54,222 bases of DNA, taken from positions 1 through 54,222 of the forward strand of contig CAWGZR010000001.1 of assembly GCA_963827165.1 (NCBI GenBank). Direction: 5' to 3'. This DNA comes from Candidatus Bathyarchaeota archaeon (GTDB lineage: Archaea > Thermoproteota > Bathyarchaeia > Bathyarchaeales > Bathycorpusculaceae). Every line of letters begins with the position of its first letter. Positions within the stretch are counted from its first letter, which is position 1. Made by a program: the position numbers and the translations under genes. Shown in pieces: positions 1-9,940 of this stretch. The notes below the pieces were generated by a model that had not been told where the DNA came from, did not search any database, and saw nothing but the letters and a program-made list of their open reading frames with translations.

Positions 1-9
1 TTGTCTAGT

Positions 10-207
10 TCACCTCTCTTTGGGCCCTAGGGCTTCCAAAACCGTGTCTTCTACGTATTCAGCGTGGTCCAGTTTGCCTATTGTTCCTTCGATGAGCGCG
101 TTGTCTTGGGCGTCGTTGTTTAAGGCTATGTTCTTGAGGTTGACTTTTGATTTTAATTCAACGGAGAAAGGCCGCCCTTTTTCCATCGGTTTGTTTTCTT
201 TCACCAT
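10..207 (-). CDS. Hypothetical protein; 3' end at the window edge may be unreliable
   Basis: ORF 10..228 with probable ATG at 207 (MVKENK...FSVELKSK...IEGTIG); no recognised motif. Confidence 0.5.
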   Translation of the reverse strand: MVKENKPMEKGRPFSVELKSKVNLKNIALNNDAQDNALIEGTIGKLDHAEYVEDTVLEALGPKER

Positions 208-287
208 TTTTATTTCCTTCAAATGCAAATAAGTCGCTAATCCCCATTAGTTTTATTTGATGAGTATGTGTACTAAGATACAACGGT

Positions 288-1067
288 GTGTACGCGTTAA
301 CATCGGTAGGCAGCTTGGAAAAAAACAAAGGAATAGAAAAACTGTTTTTTGATCTTGCAAGTGAAAGCAGAATCGGTATAATACGCGAGCTAAAAGAACA
401 AAATCTCAAAAACAACGAGTTAGCTGGAAAGCTGGATTTGACAGCCACTGAAGCTTTCAGACAGCTACAACACCTAACTGAGGCACTTATAGTTCAGAGA
501 CTCCCTGATGGAACGTACACAATTACAAACTATGGCAAATTGACTCTACAGCTTCTTCAATCACAGGAATTCACCTTTGAGCATAAAGAGTACTTCTTGA
601 ATCATGACGTTTGGCGACTTCCATATCAGTTCGTTAACAGGATAGGCGAGCTTTCGAGGAGCACATTGAACATGGACACAATTGAGAACATGAACAGAGC
701 ATGTCAAATGCTTAGCGAAGCCGAGAATTATGCGTGGGCGATGGGCGAAACACTCCTAGAACCGTTAGGTCCAGCGATGGCGAGACCCATCTCCAAAGGA
801 GTCAAATTCAGGTTCATCGGTTGCGAAAGCAGGCTTCCCAACTTCAATCATGTTCCTGGAGAAGCGCCTCATATTGAACTTAGAACTTTCACCGATATCC
901 CAATAACAATAATTACCACCGAAAAAGAAGCTTGTATATGCTTGCCTTCAACCGAAGGAAGAATGGACTACGCTGCTTTCTTCGGCACAGACCCAAAGTT
1001 CATAAACTGGGCGAGAGAACTTTTCCTTTACTACTGGGACAAAGGAAGACCGAGCAACCCAACATAG
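288..1067 (+). CDS. ArsR-like winged-helix transcriptional regulator with DUF1724-type C-terminal domain
   Basis: LFFDLASESRIGII...ELAGKLDLTATEAFRQLQHL...YTITNYG; C-terminal DPKFINWARELFLYYW; start may be TTG 315. Confidence 0.8.
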   Translation: MYALTSVGSLEKNKGIEKLFFDLASESRIGIIRELKEQNLKNNELAGKLDLTATEAFRQLQHLTEALIVQRLPDGTYTITNYGKLTLQLLQSQEFTFEHKEYFLNHDVWRLPYQFVNRIGELSRSTLNMDTIENMNRACQMLSEAENYAWAMGETLLEPLGPAMARPISKGVKFRFIGCESRLPNFNHVPGEAPHIELRTFTDIPITIITTEKEACICLPSTEGRMDYAAFFGTDPKFINWARELFLYYWDKGRPSNPT

Positions 1068-1284
1068 GCCTAATTTTCCGACGCAGCACGCGCTTGACAT
1101 GCATAGTTGAACAAATCTATCTGTAAAAGAAACTTCCTTTGAAGTGTCCCATGTGCGGGGAGGGTTTTGTATTCAGTTTAGAATGCTACCATAAAATCAT
1201 GAATAATTAAATGTCTTTTGTCAAGCTACAATTTTTATTCTAATCTGTGGTGTTCTCCTATGTCACTAGTTGGTTGGTAATCGT

Positions 1285-2007
1285 ATGGCTAATCCAGTCG
1301 ATGTTGAACTTGTTGCTCATGACGCAGACAAGGCCTCAAAAAGAGGAGACCTTGTCATCGTGATTGATGTGGTGAGAGCAACAACCAGCATCATAACCGC
1401 ACTATCTAATGAAGCTAAAAGTGTTATTCCTGTCCAAACAGTCAAAGAAGCAATGCAACTTCGCACAACGCACCCTGATTATTTACTTGCTGGGGAGCGA
1501 GAAGGAGTTAAACCAAAAGGTTTTGACCTTGACAATTCCCCTTTATCACTTACCAAAGAGAAGGTGGAAGGAAAAAACCTCATCATGAGCACTACAAATG
1601 GAACAAAAGCTTTGGTGAGGTCAAAGGGGTCCAAATGGGTTTTAGTGGGTGCTTTTGTGAATGCTGATGCTGTTGCAAAGAAGAGCATTGAGATTGCAAG
1701 TGAGAATAATGTGGGGATTTCTTTTGTGTTGGCTGGTCAAAAAAACCATTTTGCTTTAGAGGATTTCATCTGTGCTGGTGGAATCATTGATAGACTTCCA
1801 AAGGGAGTTATTGAGCTTTCAGATAAAGCGTTGGGTGCTTTACTTGCCTATAATAGTGCTAAACACAGTTTGCAAGAGAACATTCGCAAAAGCAAACATG
1901 CACAAGAACTGTTGAAAATTGGGTTTGGTAAGGACATAGAATTTGCGTGTCAAATAGACCTTTACAGCATAGTTCCACGTTATAAAAACGGAGTCACACA
2001 GTTTTAG
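1285..2007 (+). CDS. comB: 2-phosphosulfolactate phosphatase (ComB family)
   Basis: VIDVVRATTSI, LAGEREG, DNSPL, STTNGT, LEDFICAG motifs. Confidence 0.9.
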   Translation: MANPVDVELVAHDADKASKRGDLVIVIDVVRATTSIITALSNEAKSVIPVQTVKEAMQLRTTHPDYLLAGEREGVKPKGFDLDNSPLSLTKEKVEGKNLIMSTTNGTKALVRSKGSKWVLVGAFVNADAVAKKSIEIASENNVGISFVLAGQKNHFALEDFICAGGIIDRLPKGVIELSDKALGALLAYNSAKHSLQENIRKSKHAQELLKIGFGKDIEFACQIDLYSIVPRYKNGVTQF

Positions 2008-2078
2008 AATGAAGAGATGGTTTTCGTCAAGCGCGTTGGGACATGTTAAATAGGACATATTTTTTGGCAGTGTCGTGT

Positions 2079-2588
2079 CTAGTCGATTGCGTATTTTCTT
2101 GATAAACGTTCTGTAGCAGAATGATTGATGAGTGGACCAGCGGCTAGCAAAGAATTGCTGATGACGGCAATTTTGCCCGATTCCATCTTGATCCACGTGT
2201 TTCTAAGGGCGAGACGCACCACTTTACCTTTAACGCTGCCATACTCCACTGTGTCGCCTAGGTGAATTACGCCGTCATGGAACATGAGTAAACCTGAGAG
2301 GATGTTGGATAGAGTGTTCTGTAACGCAAGCGAAACGGCAATTGCGGCGATTCCAGAAATGGTAATTGTCGTGAACTGTGATGCGAGACCACTTAGCGAA
2401 AGAATAACGGTAACGATCACAAGAACCACGATTACACGCAATGCTACCCCGATATCGCGAATTACGGTAGGGTTTGATCCCGCCTTCTTTGCTCCACTCC
2501 TGATAATGCGATTAATGCCTTCTTCGATCAGAATTGTCACGATTGTACCGATGGTGATACCTATAATTAGTTCGAGGTTTGTGATCAT
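2079..2588 (-). CDS. Short MscS-family mechanosensitive channel protein
   Basis: Three hydrophobic segments then SLALQNTLSNILSGL...IHLGDTVEY...GKVVRLALRNT...ISNS. Confidence 0.8.
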   Translation of the reverse strand: MITNLELIIGITIGTIVTILIEEGINRIIRSGAKKAGSNPTVIRDIGVALRVIVVLVIVTVILSLSGLASQFTTITISGIAAIAVSLALQNTLSNILSGLLMFHDGVIHLGDTVEYGSVKGKVVRLALRNTWIKMESGKIAVISNSLLAAGPLINHSATERLSRKYAID

Positions 2589-2855
2589 TCCGGGTGACTC
2601 CAGTCCAATTCTAGTAAAATGCATGAGAACTTAGCTTTTTTGTTTATGCAACTCATGGAGCAATAGACATAGTTTGCCGGCGCTCCAAAGAATAAGGTTT
2701 TGAACCGCAATCAGACTGTGTAAAAACTATTTTCGATTTCAGAAAATTGCAATTTTTATGTCTATTTTTTAAGGTTCAATGATTTGTTTTTTAATAAAAG
2801 GTACAATTTTTAAAACTGAATTCGAGTTTTCACACACTCTCGTTTGGGTATGGGA

Positions 2856-2870
2856 CGGGCAGCCCCACCA
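2856..2870 (+). repeat. tRNA-Pro 3'-end remnant (att-like site)
   Basis: CGGGCAGCCCCACCA: T-stem 3' strand, acceptor strand and CCA; related to copies at 3631, 7746, 8539, 9516. Confidence 0.7.
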
Positions 2871-2938
2871 TTTGGCGTCAGGTTTAATTTTCGAGGTTAT
2901 GAAAACTTTTTTAGGAAGGTGGCTATCTTATTTTTCTG

Positions 2939-3193
2939 GTGAAACTTTTGGAATCTGGTGTAGAACTTAAAAAAGTGGATGAACAGGGGCGTTTTATCCT
3001 GCCTGCTGATTGGCGTGAGTCTGAGCTTAGCGAAAGTCGGGAGATTTACGTTATCAAGCGGAAAGGCTATTTGAAGTTGATTCCTAAACGTCGCGTTGAT
3101 TTGACTGAATGTTTTGATAAGGCTGACTTAGGTGTCAAATCAATTGGCGCTTGGAGCGAGTTTGAAAAGGAATTCTACGGGGAACATCCATGA
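2939..3193 (+). CDS. AbrB/MazE/SpoVT-family antitoxin
   Basis: KKVDEQGRFILPADWRE; stop overlaps the PIN start (ATGA). Confidence 0.8.
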   Translation: MKLLESGVELKKVDEQGRFILPADWRESELSESREIYVIKRKGYLKLIPKRRVDLTECFDKADLGVKSIGAWSEFEKEFYGEHP

Positions 3194-3616
3194 GGTTTTT
3201 GGACGCAAACATCTTCATTTATGCCTACTACAGACCAAAGAGAACGCTGACAGAAAAAGAAGAAGCCATAAAAGAAGAAGCAAAAAACATAATAAGCAAC
3301 ATTTCGGCGGGCAAGGAGCAAGTCCTCACAACCGTGGTGCATATCTCTGAAATAGTAAATATTCTAAAAAATGGCTTGCCGAAAGATTTGCTCACAAAAA
3401 CAATTCTCGGCCTGTTCATGCTTGACAATGTAATCATAAAGGAAGTTACGAAGGAAGGTTATTTTGCGGCAGTCGCCATAGCTGAAGATCTGAAGCTTAG
3501 AACCTAACGACGCGTTAGCCGCAGATATAATGCGGCAAAACGGCGTTAAAGAAATATACTCATTTGACGAGCACTTCAACAAAATAAATGACGTAACCCG
3601 ATTACCAATTTTATAA
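3190..3616 (+). pseudogene. vapC: PIN-domain (VapC) toxin with a +1 frameshift near 3498, possibly a sequencing error
   Basis: MRFLDANIFIY...; after CTTAG the shifted frame continues EPNDALAADIMRQNGVKEIYSFDEHFNKI...PIL* to 3616. Confidence 0.85.
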
Positions 3617-3630
3617 TCAAGAACTTGTCT

Positions 3631-3688
3631 GCTGGTCTAGGCTTGTAGACTTGGGTTCTATAGACTCCGGTTCAAATCCGGGCAGCCT
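3631..3688 (+). repeat. Degenerate tRNA-Pro(TGG) fragment, D-loop to acceptor strand, lacking the 5' acceptor strand
   Basis: GCTGGTCTAGGCTT GTAGA CT TGG GT TCTAT AGAC TCCGG TTCAAAT CCGGG CAGCCT: anticodon arm and T arm both pair. Confidence 0.8.
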
Positions 3689-3930
3689 AGTAAAGTCTCT
3701 AAACCGTTTCGGGTTCAAGTACCGTAGGCGCCTGACCTATTTGAGGTTCAAATTCTGGGCGACAAGCAACTTCAGGGATACCTGTCTTTTTCAGCATCTC
3801 AACTTGCTGAAAACACGCGCACCTTCAACTAAGAGTCTTTTGAGATGCACCTTTAGCTTGTTGTAAGAAAAACCTGCCAAAGCCTTTCCGCTCAGCTTTG
3901 TGCGAAAATGTTTCAACAGACGCATATTTT

Positions 3931-6900
3931 TTACTGTCTGCGTGGTGGGTTCCGCTTGGAATTATTGTCAGCGCGTTTCTTTTTTGTTTTCTTTGATGTA
4001 GCTGGTGGTTTTCGTTGTTTTTTAGCTCTTGCAGGTTTCGGTTCCTCTTCTTTTACAGTTGCTGGTCGCGGTTTCGGTTGGGTTTCAATTTCAGGAAGCT
4101 TTGATTTTTCTGCTTTTGAAGCTGCGAGTTGCGGTTTCGTTTGAGCGTTAGCTTTGGAGACTTTAGCCGTTTTCTTTGCGGTTCGTCGTCTTCGTTTCTT
4201 CTTAGTTTTGGTGGTGAGTGCCATAGGTGCCGGTTTCTTTTCGGAGAGCAAATCGTCGTTTTGTTTAGGCGCTTGTTTTTCGACGTCGCTTGATTCTTGT
4301 TTGATGTCTTCTTGGACAGTTGAAACTGCAGCTATTGCAGGAGGAGGCGTGAGAACAGTTGTTTGCTGTTTTTCTTCTGGATTGATTATTGCATCTTTCG
4401 TTTCTAATTGCGAGGCTGATTTTGGTTGCCCCTCTTTGTACAAGTCGATCGTTGTTGCCGTTGAAGCTGGGGAAGCGTTGTCGTCTGTTTTCTTCCGGTT
4501 TTGTTTGAGCCAAGACAGCATCAAAGTTGATGTGAAAATCACAGCGAACAATACGATCGTTACGAGACCCACAAGGTATAAGCTGATGGACGAGGCTGTT
4601 TTCCATGTTGCCGTTTCTGTAATGGGATTATTCATTGTTACTGTTTGAGGATTAGTTGAGTTTGTGCATGAGCCTACGCCCGTTCCTATCCACTTGTCAA
4701 ATATGTAATTTTTGCCTGAATTAAGATACGGGGAAGTAACTGAGAAGGTTGCTGTTGTGCGGGCATCATACCAGCCTGTGCCAGTCGTGTTGCCGTAGGT
4801 TGACGTTACCGTCAGATAATATTGGGGTATGTACGTAATTGATTTGGCTGTTGTGATTGGAACTTCGATCTCTCCTGAAACCTCAAGGGGCATTAGCCGG
4901 TTGTCTTCCGCGAAACTTACTGCTGGGGTTGTCCAAGGATAGGTTCCTGCCTGAATCCCGTTGAAGGTCATGGTATTTTGGTTGGATGATTCTGTTACGC
5001 CTCTAAACGTTACGTTCCAAGTTTGTTCTCTTGGCAAACCGATTTCCGTGAAGGTTACGCTGAACACGATTGGTTTGGGTGTTGTTGCGCCGCTCGGATT
5101 AGTAGATTGAGAAGAAGGGGCGTTAAGGGTTAAGGTGGCCGCGGCGCTTTTGCCATTGTAGGTTGCAGTTACGGTAAATACTCCGCTTGTTGTTGAGGTT
5201 ATCGTGTTCCCCGAAACAGAGGCGCCTGGGGCAGTGAATGTTGTAGTTGAGGTTACGTCGCCTAAGCTGTTTCCGTAGGTATCATAGGCAACCACAGCGT
5301 AAGCTTGGAATTCGCCTGCAGAAATAGTTGAAGATGATGGATTAATCGCGATGTGGTCTAAATCTGAAGGGGTAACTTGGAAGATTGCGGGTTTGATCTT
5401 AACTCCACTAGTGGTGACGGAAACAGTGTACGTCCCCGCTAAAGTCTCAGTGACGGAAGCACCGCTTACCGAAGACCCGTTGACTGTGAAGGTCACACTT
5501 TGAGGACCAAGACCGTTACCAGAACTGTCATAGCCAACTGCAGTTAAAGTTACGACGTTTCCTGCAAAGACGTTAGAGGAAGAAACGCTAACAGTAATGG
5601 TGCTCAACCCTGTGGGCAAGACTTCAAACGAGGCTTGAGCGCTTAAGGTTCCGACAGTAGCTGTTACGGTATAGGCGCCAGCCGAGTTTTCATTTACTGA
5701 TGTGCCGGAGATTGCTCCAACCGGACTGACGCTCCATGACGGAGCGATCGTTATTGGATTGCGGTATAAGTCAGTCCCCAAAGCCGAGAAAGTTACGGTT
5801 GTACCTGCCGTCACCGAGGTCGAGGAGAGACTGACAGTTATTTGACTTAGGGAAGCGGCATTCACGGTTAAGGGTGCTGTAATTTTGGCTGTTATAGCGT
5901 TGTAGTTTGAGTCTCCACTGTAGGTGGCTCCAAACTCGTAAGAACTGGCTGCGGATGTAGGGCCGTAACCTTGAGAAGCCGTGGCGTTGGCTGTTTCGCC
6001 ACTTCCGGATATCGCTATTTCTGCTCCAAGCTGTGTCCACGTTGCGCCCCCATCGGTGGAGTAATAGAAGGTAACTGTTCCCGTGGGCGGAGTGGTGGCT
6101 TCGATTCCGGTGATGGTGACTGATGGAGCAACTGCGTTTCCAGCAGTGATTGTGTAGCTCGAAGAATTGAAAGATGCCGTCGCCGTAGCTTGATTTACGG
6201 TAACATATGTGGGCGAAGACGAATCGGAATTTAAGCCTAGACTGTCGGTGACAGTGACCGTTATTGAGTAGGAACCGGCGTAAGATGATGAAAAAGTGAA
6301 TGAGTTGCTTATGCCGCTTTGAACTTCATCATAACCAACATACCATTGATAACTCGTGTAGGTGCCTGAGCCTCCAGAAGCAGAAGCTGTAAACGTTCCA
6401 GATTGGCCAAGATTTGTCGAATAAGAGTCAGGAGATAAACTGACGATAGGAGCGCCATTTACCGTGATGGCGATAGCACCAGAAATAACTGCGGAGCTTG
6501 TGCTGTCTGTTACTTGAAGTTCAAAGCTGTAGGTTCCTATATCTGTAGACGTTGATGTTGCGAACGAGTATGAACTTGAAGTGGCATCGTTTACGGCTAC
6601 GTAACTTTCTTCTCCAGGAACCTGCTCAAGCCATTGATATGAGTAAGGGGAAGTGCCAGTGGATATTAACGTGAGGGTCAAACTGCTTGTTTGACTTTGA
6701 TCAACGGTAATAGCGGAAGCAGAAATTGTCGGGGCAACTATTTCTGAGTTCACTATAACGAGCACTGAGTTAGACTGGACCGTTTCATGATTTGATGCTT
6801 GGTCGGTGACTCTGCAGTAGATTGTCGGAGACCCGAGGGTGGCAGTTGCATAGGTGTAGGTTGGTGCTGTCGCGCCAAAGATGGATGCCCCGAGCAAATA

Positions 6901-7617
6901 CCATTGATAAGTTAGGGCGCCCGATCCGCCGGAAGCCGTGGCGGTGAAAGTTTCAGATTGGTCGACGTCCATTGACCAAGCGCTGGGCGAGACATTGACA
7001 GAAAGACCCTCATTCACGGTAACATTTGGTGTGTTTGATTTAACTGTAAAAGGTGAAGAGGCTCCGTAAGTTACATTGCAATAAATCGAAGGTGACCCAG
7101 AGACAGAAGGCTCAAACAAATAAGACGCGCCAGTCGCGCCGGGAACAGCTGAATCATTAAGATACCACTGATAGCTTACTGGATAAGTGCCTTCTGAAGC
7201 GGATACCCTAAATGTTTCCGATTGACCCACATCCATGGTCCAAGAAGACGGCGACACAGTGGCAGTCAAAGCGGGATTAACGGTCACAACCGCGCGAGAA
7301 GATGGATCGGAAACCGCATTTTTACTGTCAGTAACATTTACCGTAATTGAGTAAAAACCTGACGAGGAGGGAGTGAAAACGTATGTGCTGACAGATCCGT
7401 TTTGAACAAGGCTTGATCCAACATACCACTGGAAAACTGTGTAACTTCCTGAACCAAAACTGGGATGAGCAGTAAATGTCTGAGACTGACCAACATCCAT
7501 CATGTACGAAACCGGCGTAACCGTGACCAATGGGTTTGCCCGCACATAAGTCGCTGAAAACAAGAATAGTAGTAGAGCAAAGAACACTATCGTACCTACT
7601 TTCAGTTTATGGGTCAA
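3931..7617 (-). CDS. Large membrane-anchored surface glycoprotein with PKD/Ig-like repeats and a basic cytoplasmic tail
   Basis: Signal peptide; repeated VSPSSWTMDVGQSETF...YQWY units; FSVTFTEIGLP and PQYYLTVTS...GWYD modules; TM helix; K/R-rich C-terminus. Confidence 0.8.
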   Translation of the reverse strand: MTHKLKVGTIVFFALLLFLFSATYVRANPLVTVTPVSYMMDVGQSQTFTAHPSFGSGSYTVFQWYVGSSLVQNGSVSTYVFTPSSSGFYSITVNVTDSKNAVSDPSSRAVVTVNPALTATVSPSSWTMDVGQSETFRVSASEGTYPVSYQWYLNDSAVPGATGASYLFEPSVSGSPSIYCNVTYGASSPFTVKSNTPNVTVNEGLSVNVSPSAWSMDVDQSETFTATASGGSGALTYQWYLLGASIFGATAPTYTYATATLGSPTIYCRVTDQASNHETVQSNSVLVIVNSEIVAPTISASAITVDQSQTSSLTLTLISTGTSPYSYQWLEQVPGEESYVAVNDATSSSYSFATSTSTDIGTYSFELQVTDSTSSAVISGAIAITVNGAPIVSLSPDSYSTNLGQSGTFTASASGGSGTYTSYQWYVGYDEVQSGISNSFTFSSSYAGSYSITVTVTDSLGLNSDSSSPTYVTVNQATATASFNSSSYTITAGNAVAPSVTITGIEATTPPTGTVTFYYSTDGGATWTQLGAEIAISGSGETANATASQGYGPTSAASSYEFGATYSGDSNYNAITAKITAPLTVNAASLSQITVSLSSTSVTAGTTVTFSALGTDLYRNPITIAPSWSVSPVGAISGTSVNENSAGAYTVTATVGTLSAQASFEVLPTGLSTITVSVSSSNVFAGNVVTLTAVGYDSSGNGLGPQSVTFTVNGSSVSGASVTETLAGTYTVSVTTSGVKIKPAIFQVTPSDLDHIAINPSSSTISAGEFQAYAVVAYDTYGNSLGDVTSTTTFTAPGASVSGNTITSTTSGVFTVTATYNGKSAAATLTLNAPSSQSTNPSGATTPKPIVFSVTFTEIGLPREQTWNVTFRGVTESSNQNTMTFNGIQAGTYPWTTPAVSFAEDNRLMPLEVSGEIEVPITTAKSITYIPQYYLTVTSTYGNTTGTGWYDARTTATFSVTSPYLNSGKNYIFDKWIGTGVGSCTNSTNPQTVTMNNPITETATWKTASSISLYLVGLVTIVLFAVIFTSTLMLSWLKQNRKKTDDNASPASTATTIDLYKEGQPKSASQLETKDAIINPEEKQQTTVLTPPPAIAAVSTVQEDIKQESSDVEKQAPKQNDDLLSEKKPAPMALTTKTKKKRRRRTAKKTAKVSKANAQTKPQLAASKAEKSKLPEIETQPKPRPATVKEEEPKPARAKKQRKPPATSKKTKKKRADNNSKRNPPRRQ

Positions 7618-7745
7618 GAACCCCCTCTCCTAACATTTCTCCTATAACGTTACGGTGCACTTAAAAAGCTTGCCAAATTGTAGGGACGCGTTTCTTATCG
7701 CTCGCTGGACAGGGCATTAATCTCTGCCGCTGTCACCCAGATTTA

Positions 7746-7770
7746 GGTTCAAATCCCCTCAGCCCTACCA
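7746..7770 (+). repeat. tRNA 3'-end remnant (Pro-type)
   Basis: GGTTCAAATCCCCTCAGCCCTACCA followed by CTGATCT (compare CAGATCT after the 9516 copy). Confidence 0.7.
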
Positions 7771-7792
7771 CTGATCTCCAAAGTTTGACTGA

Positions 7793-8206
7793 TCACATTC
7801 TTCTTCTTATTTCTGATTTGTCGAAATCCCTGTCGTTTGAAACTATTTCTTCTGCTCCAACTCTCTCCGCCACAGCCAAATGCAATGAATCCTCATAATC
7901 GAGTTCCCAGTTCCCCATAATTTCTGCCGCCTTCTTGAAGTCTTCAGATTTGAGAGGTTCAATTGTTAATGGCTTAATGGCCGTAATCGGAGTTATAACT
8001 TGAGTTATGAACGTTTTGTCCTTGAGGTTTCTTCCTGCTAGAATAACGGTTGTTTCCGTATAATGTCACGCTATGAGTGAAGTATTTTACCTCGTGGAGC
8101 CTCTTCCATGTTTTGGACCAGCTTTTGGCTGTTTTCGCGCGATTCGGGTGATTCCCAACCAGCAAACAAATATGTTCACATCTATGTAGCGTGTTGGTTC
8201 CACCAT
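7793..8206 (-). pseudogene. vapC: PIN (VapC) toxin with several frameshifts
   Basis: MVEPTRYIDVNIFVCWLG... and C-terminal LDYEDSLHLAVAERVGAEEIVSNDRDFD; about four single-base indels between 8050 and 8155. Confidence 0.85.
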
Positions 8207-8460
8207 TTTCTGGTTGCCTCCGTTACAAATTCGTCTAAATCTTCTGGCCATTTGGAAATTGTGAAGATTCCAAAATATTTCTCAGCTATGGACTCTGATG
8301 GTTCGATAATTATTATATGGTCTTTAGATTTTATGTTGACATATGCTCCGGGTTTTAGTTTGGCTTTTCTTCTGATATTCTTCGGGATTATTATTCTGCC
8401 TTTGTCGTCTACTTTGGCGATTGCTTCTTCCATCTCATCCCACTTTTGTTTTTTTCCCAT
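8182..8460 (-). CDS. AbrB/MazE-family antitoxin
   Basis: AKVDDKGRIIIPKNIRRKAKLKPG; overlaps the PIN start. Confidence 0.85.
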   Translation of the reverse strand: MGKKQKWDEMEEAIAKVDDKGRIIIPKNIRRKAKLKPGAYVNIKSKDHIIIIEPSESIAEKYFGIFTISKWPEDLDEFVTEATRKWWNQHAT

Positions 8461-8538
8461 TGTTAAATATAAGACCACCAATTTTAAAATGTTCCACAAA
8501 TCGTCTTACAATTCCACAGCTCGAGGCTTCGGCTATTT

Positions 8539-8595
8539 TGGTATAGGCTTGTAGACTTGAGCTCTGAGGACTCTGGTTCAAATTCGGGCATCCCA
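8539..8595 (+). repeat. Degenerate tRNA-Pro fragment (second long copy)
   Basis: TGGTATAGGCTTGTAGACTTGAGCTCTGAGGACTCTGGTTCAAATTCGGGCATCCCA aligns with 3633-3688. Confidence 0.8.
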
Positions 8596-8751
8596 ATGCA
8601 AAAAATCCCGAAAATCTCTACATCATTTTTTCGAGTCTTCTTACGTTTAGGGTAAGATCATATTGCGTTTGGTTTTGTCGTTCTTGTTGAGCGAATAAGA
8701 TTGCAATGAAAAGGTGTCTCATTGTAATGAATCCATGGCTTAAACCAGTCA

Positions 8752-8783
8752 TAAGTAAGACTTAAGTAAGATTAGATTCTTAC
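8752..8783 (+). promoter_or_regulatory. Probable antitoxin operator/promoter
   Basis: TAAGTAAGA direct repeat and GTAAGA-N6-TCTTAC palindrome just upstream of abrB at 8802. Confidence 0.45.
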
Positions 8784-8801
8784 AATCAATGAGCCTTAGT
8801 C

Positions 8802-9059
8802 ATGTTAAAAACTGTTGTCTCGAAAAAAGGCCAAGTTGTTATACCTAAAGGCGCGAGGGATCAGCTTAACTTAGCTCCTGGCACCGTTCTCGAAGTTCAA
8901 GTTGAAAAAGGTCGAGTTATCCTCAAACCGTTTAAAGCGCTGCCAGAGAAAGCTTTCTTTCGGGCAGGCAAGAATATCACCAAGCCAATCCTGCAAGAAG
9001 CAAAAGCCACAAGCGATAAGACACAAAGACTTCTCAAAGAGCTAGGTATCGATGCCTAA
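8802..9059 (+). CDS. AbrB/MazE-family antitoxin
   Basis: VSKKGQVVIPKGARDQLNLAPG. Confidence 0.9.
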   Translation: MLKTVVSKKGQVVIPKGARDQLNLAPGTVLEVQVEKGRVILKPFKALPEKAFFRAGKNITKPILQEAKATSDKTQRLLKELGIDA

Positions 9060-9507
9060 AATCGTTTTAGACACGAGCGTCATAATAGAGTATATAGACA
9101 AAGACTCTGAGTTTAATGATCAAGCAACAGGAGTTTTCGCATCGCTAAAAAAGGGCGAACTTGAAGCGATAATCCCTCATCCGATCTTATCCGAAACTTA
9201 CTATGTCAGCGCAAAGATATACCAAAAACTTGGAATAGAAACGCCTCAAAGTCTTTCAGCAGAGCTAGTAGAATGGCTCTTTAGACTTCCATCAGTGACA
9301 ATTCCGGTGGAAAACAAAGATTTGGCAATCGAAGCGGGCAAAACAAAACTGAAATATTGCATAGCCTTAACTGACTGCTACGTCTTGGCAGCGTCTCAAA
9401 TTTGCAACTGTAAAGCCTTATTCAAAAAACCTGAACGTGAAATGTCTCAAAAATTGAACGCCTTAAAGAAAACCTATCAACTTGTATTTCTATCAGATTA
9501 CAGGTGA
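9052..9507 (+). CDS. vapC: PIN-domain (VapC) toxin
   Basis: IVLDTSVIIEY...LSETYY...LTDCYVLA; overlaps abrB. Confidence 0.9.
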   Translation: MPKIVLDTSVIIEYIDKDSEFNDQATGVFASLKKGELEAIIPHPILSETYYVSAKIYQKLGIETPQSLSAELVEWLFRLPSVTIPVENKDLAIEAGKTKLKYCIALTDCYVLAASQICNCKALFKKPEREMSQKLNALKKTYQLVFLSDYR

Positions 9508-9515
9508 TTCCCTTC

Positions 9516-9548
9516 GGTTTAAAAACAGGCAGCCCCGCCACAGATCTT
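9516..9548 (+). repeat. tRNA-Pro 3'-end remnant
   Basis: GGTTTAAAAACAGGCAGCCCCGCCA followed by CAGATCTT. Confidence 0.65.
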
Positions 9549-9566
9549 TATTTAACTCAATTCTGC

Positions 9567-9695
9567 TTAAGTGCTGACCACTGGAGCTTTTGGGAACTCG
9601 ATTATATTAAATATTGTTGTTAGGCCTTTGAAGCTGGCTTTATCAGTTTTGAGGTGGTTTATGAGCTGATTTGTGTAGTAGGCAATCTCTTCCAT
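9567..9695 (-). pseudogene. Truncated PIN toxin (N-terminal 42 aa only)
   Basis: MEEIAYYTNQLINHLK...GLTTIFNIIEFPKA* overlapping the antitoxin 3' end; resembles short archaeal PIN N-termini. Confidence 0.55.
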
Positions 9696-9940
9696 TCCAG
9701 CTTCCTGCCTTTTTCGTATTGTTCAGTTGCATCATCGAGGGTTATGTCGGCAAGATCCAGGTTGGAGTCTTTGAGCATAGTTGCCAGTTTGCTTGAAGGC
9801 ACTACTCCTCCTTCAATTATTTCCATTTTGTTGATGTAATCTGCTATTGACTTTCTTACTACTTCGCTCCACTTTACTTCTGCATGTTTCTTCATCTTCT
9901 CGCAGAGCTCGGAAGGGATCGAGATAGTAATGTTTGTCAT
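9659..9940 (-). CDS. Ribbon-helix-helix (CopG-like) antitoxin
   Basis: MTNITISIPSELCEKMKKHAEVKWSEVVRKSI. Confidence 0.8.
   Translation of the reverse strand: MTNITISIPSELCEKMKKHAEVKWSEVVRKSIADYINKMEIIEGGVVPSSKLATMLKDSNLDLADITLDDATEQYEKGRKLEWKRLPTTQISS

Noticed and set aside
4154-4648. Antisense or overlapping ORFs (e.g. 4154-4648, 8108-8554, 10101-10490, 32460-32987, 34879-35301, 48688-49044)
   Set aside because: Shadows of well-supported genes on the other strand or frame
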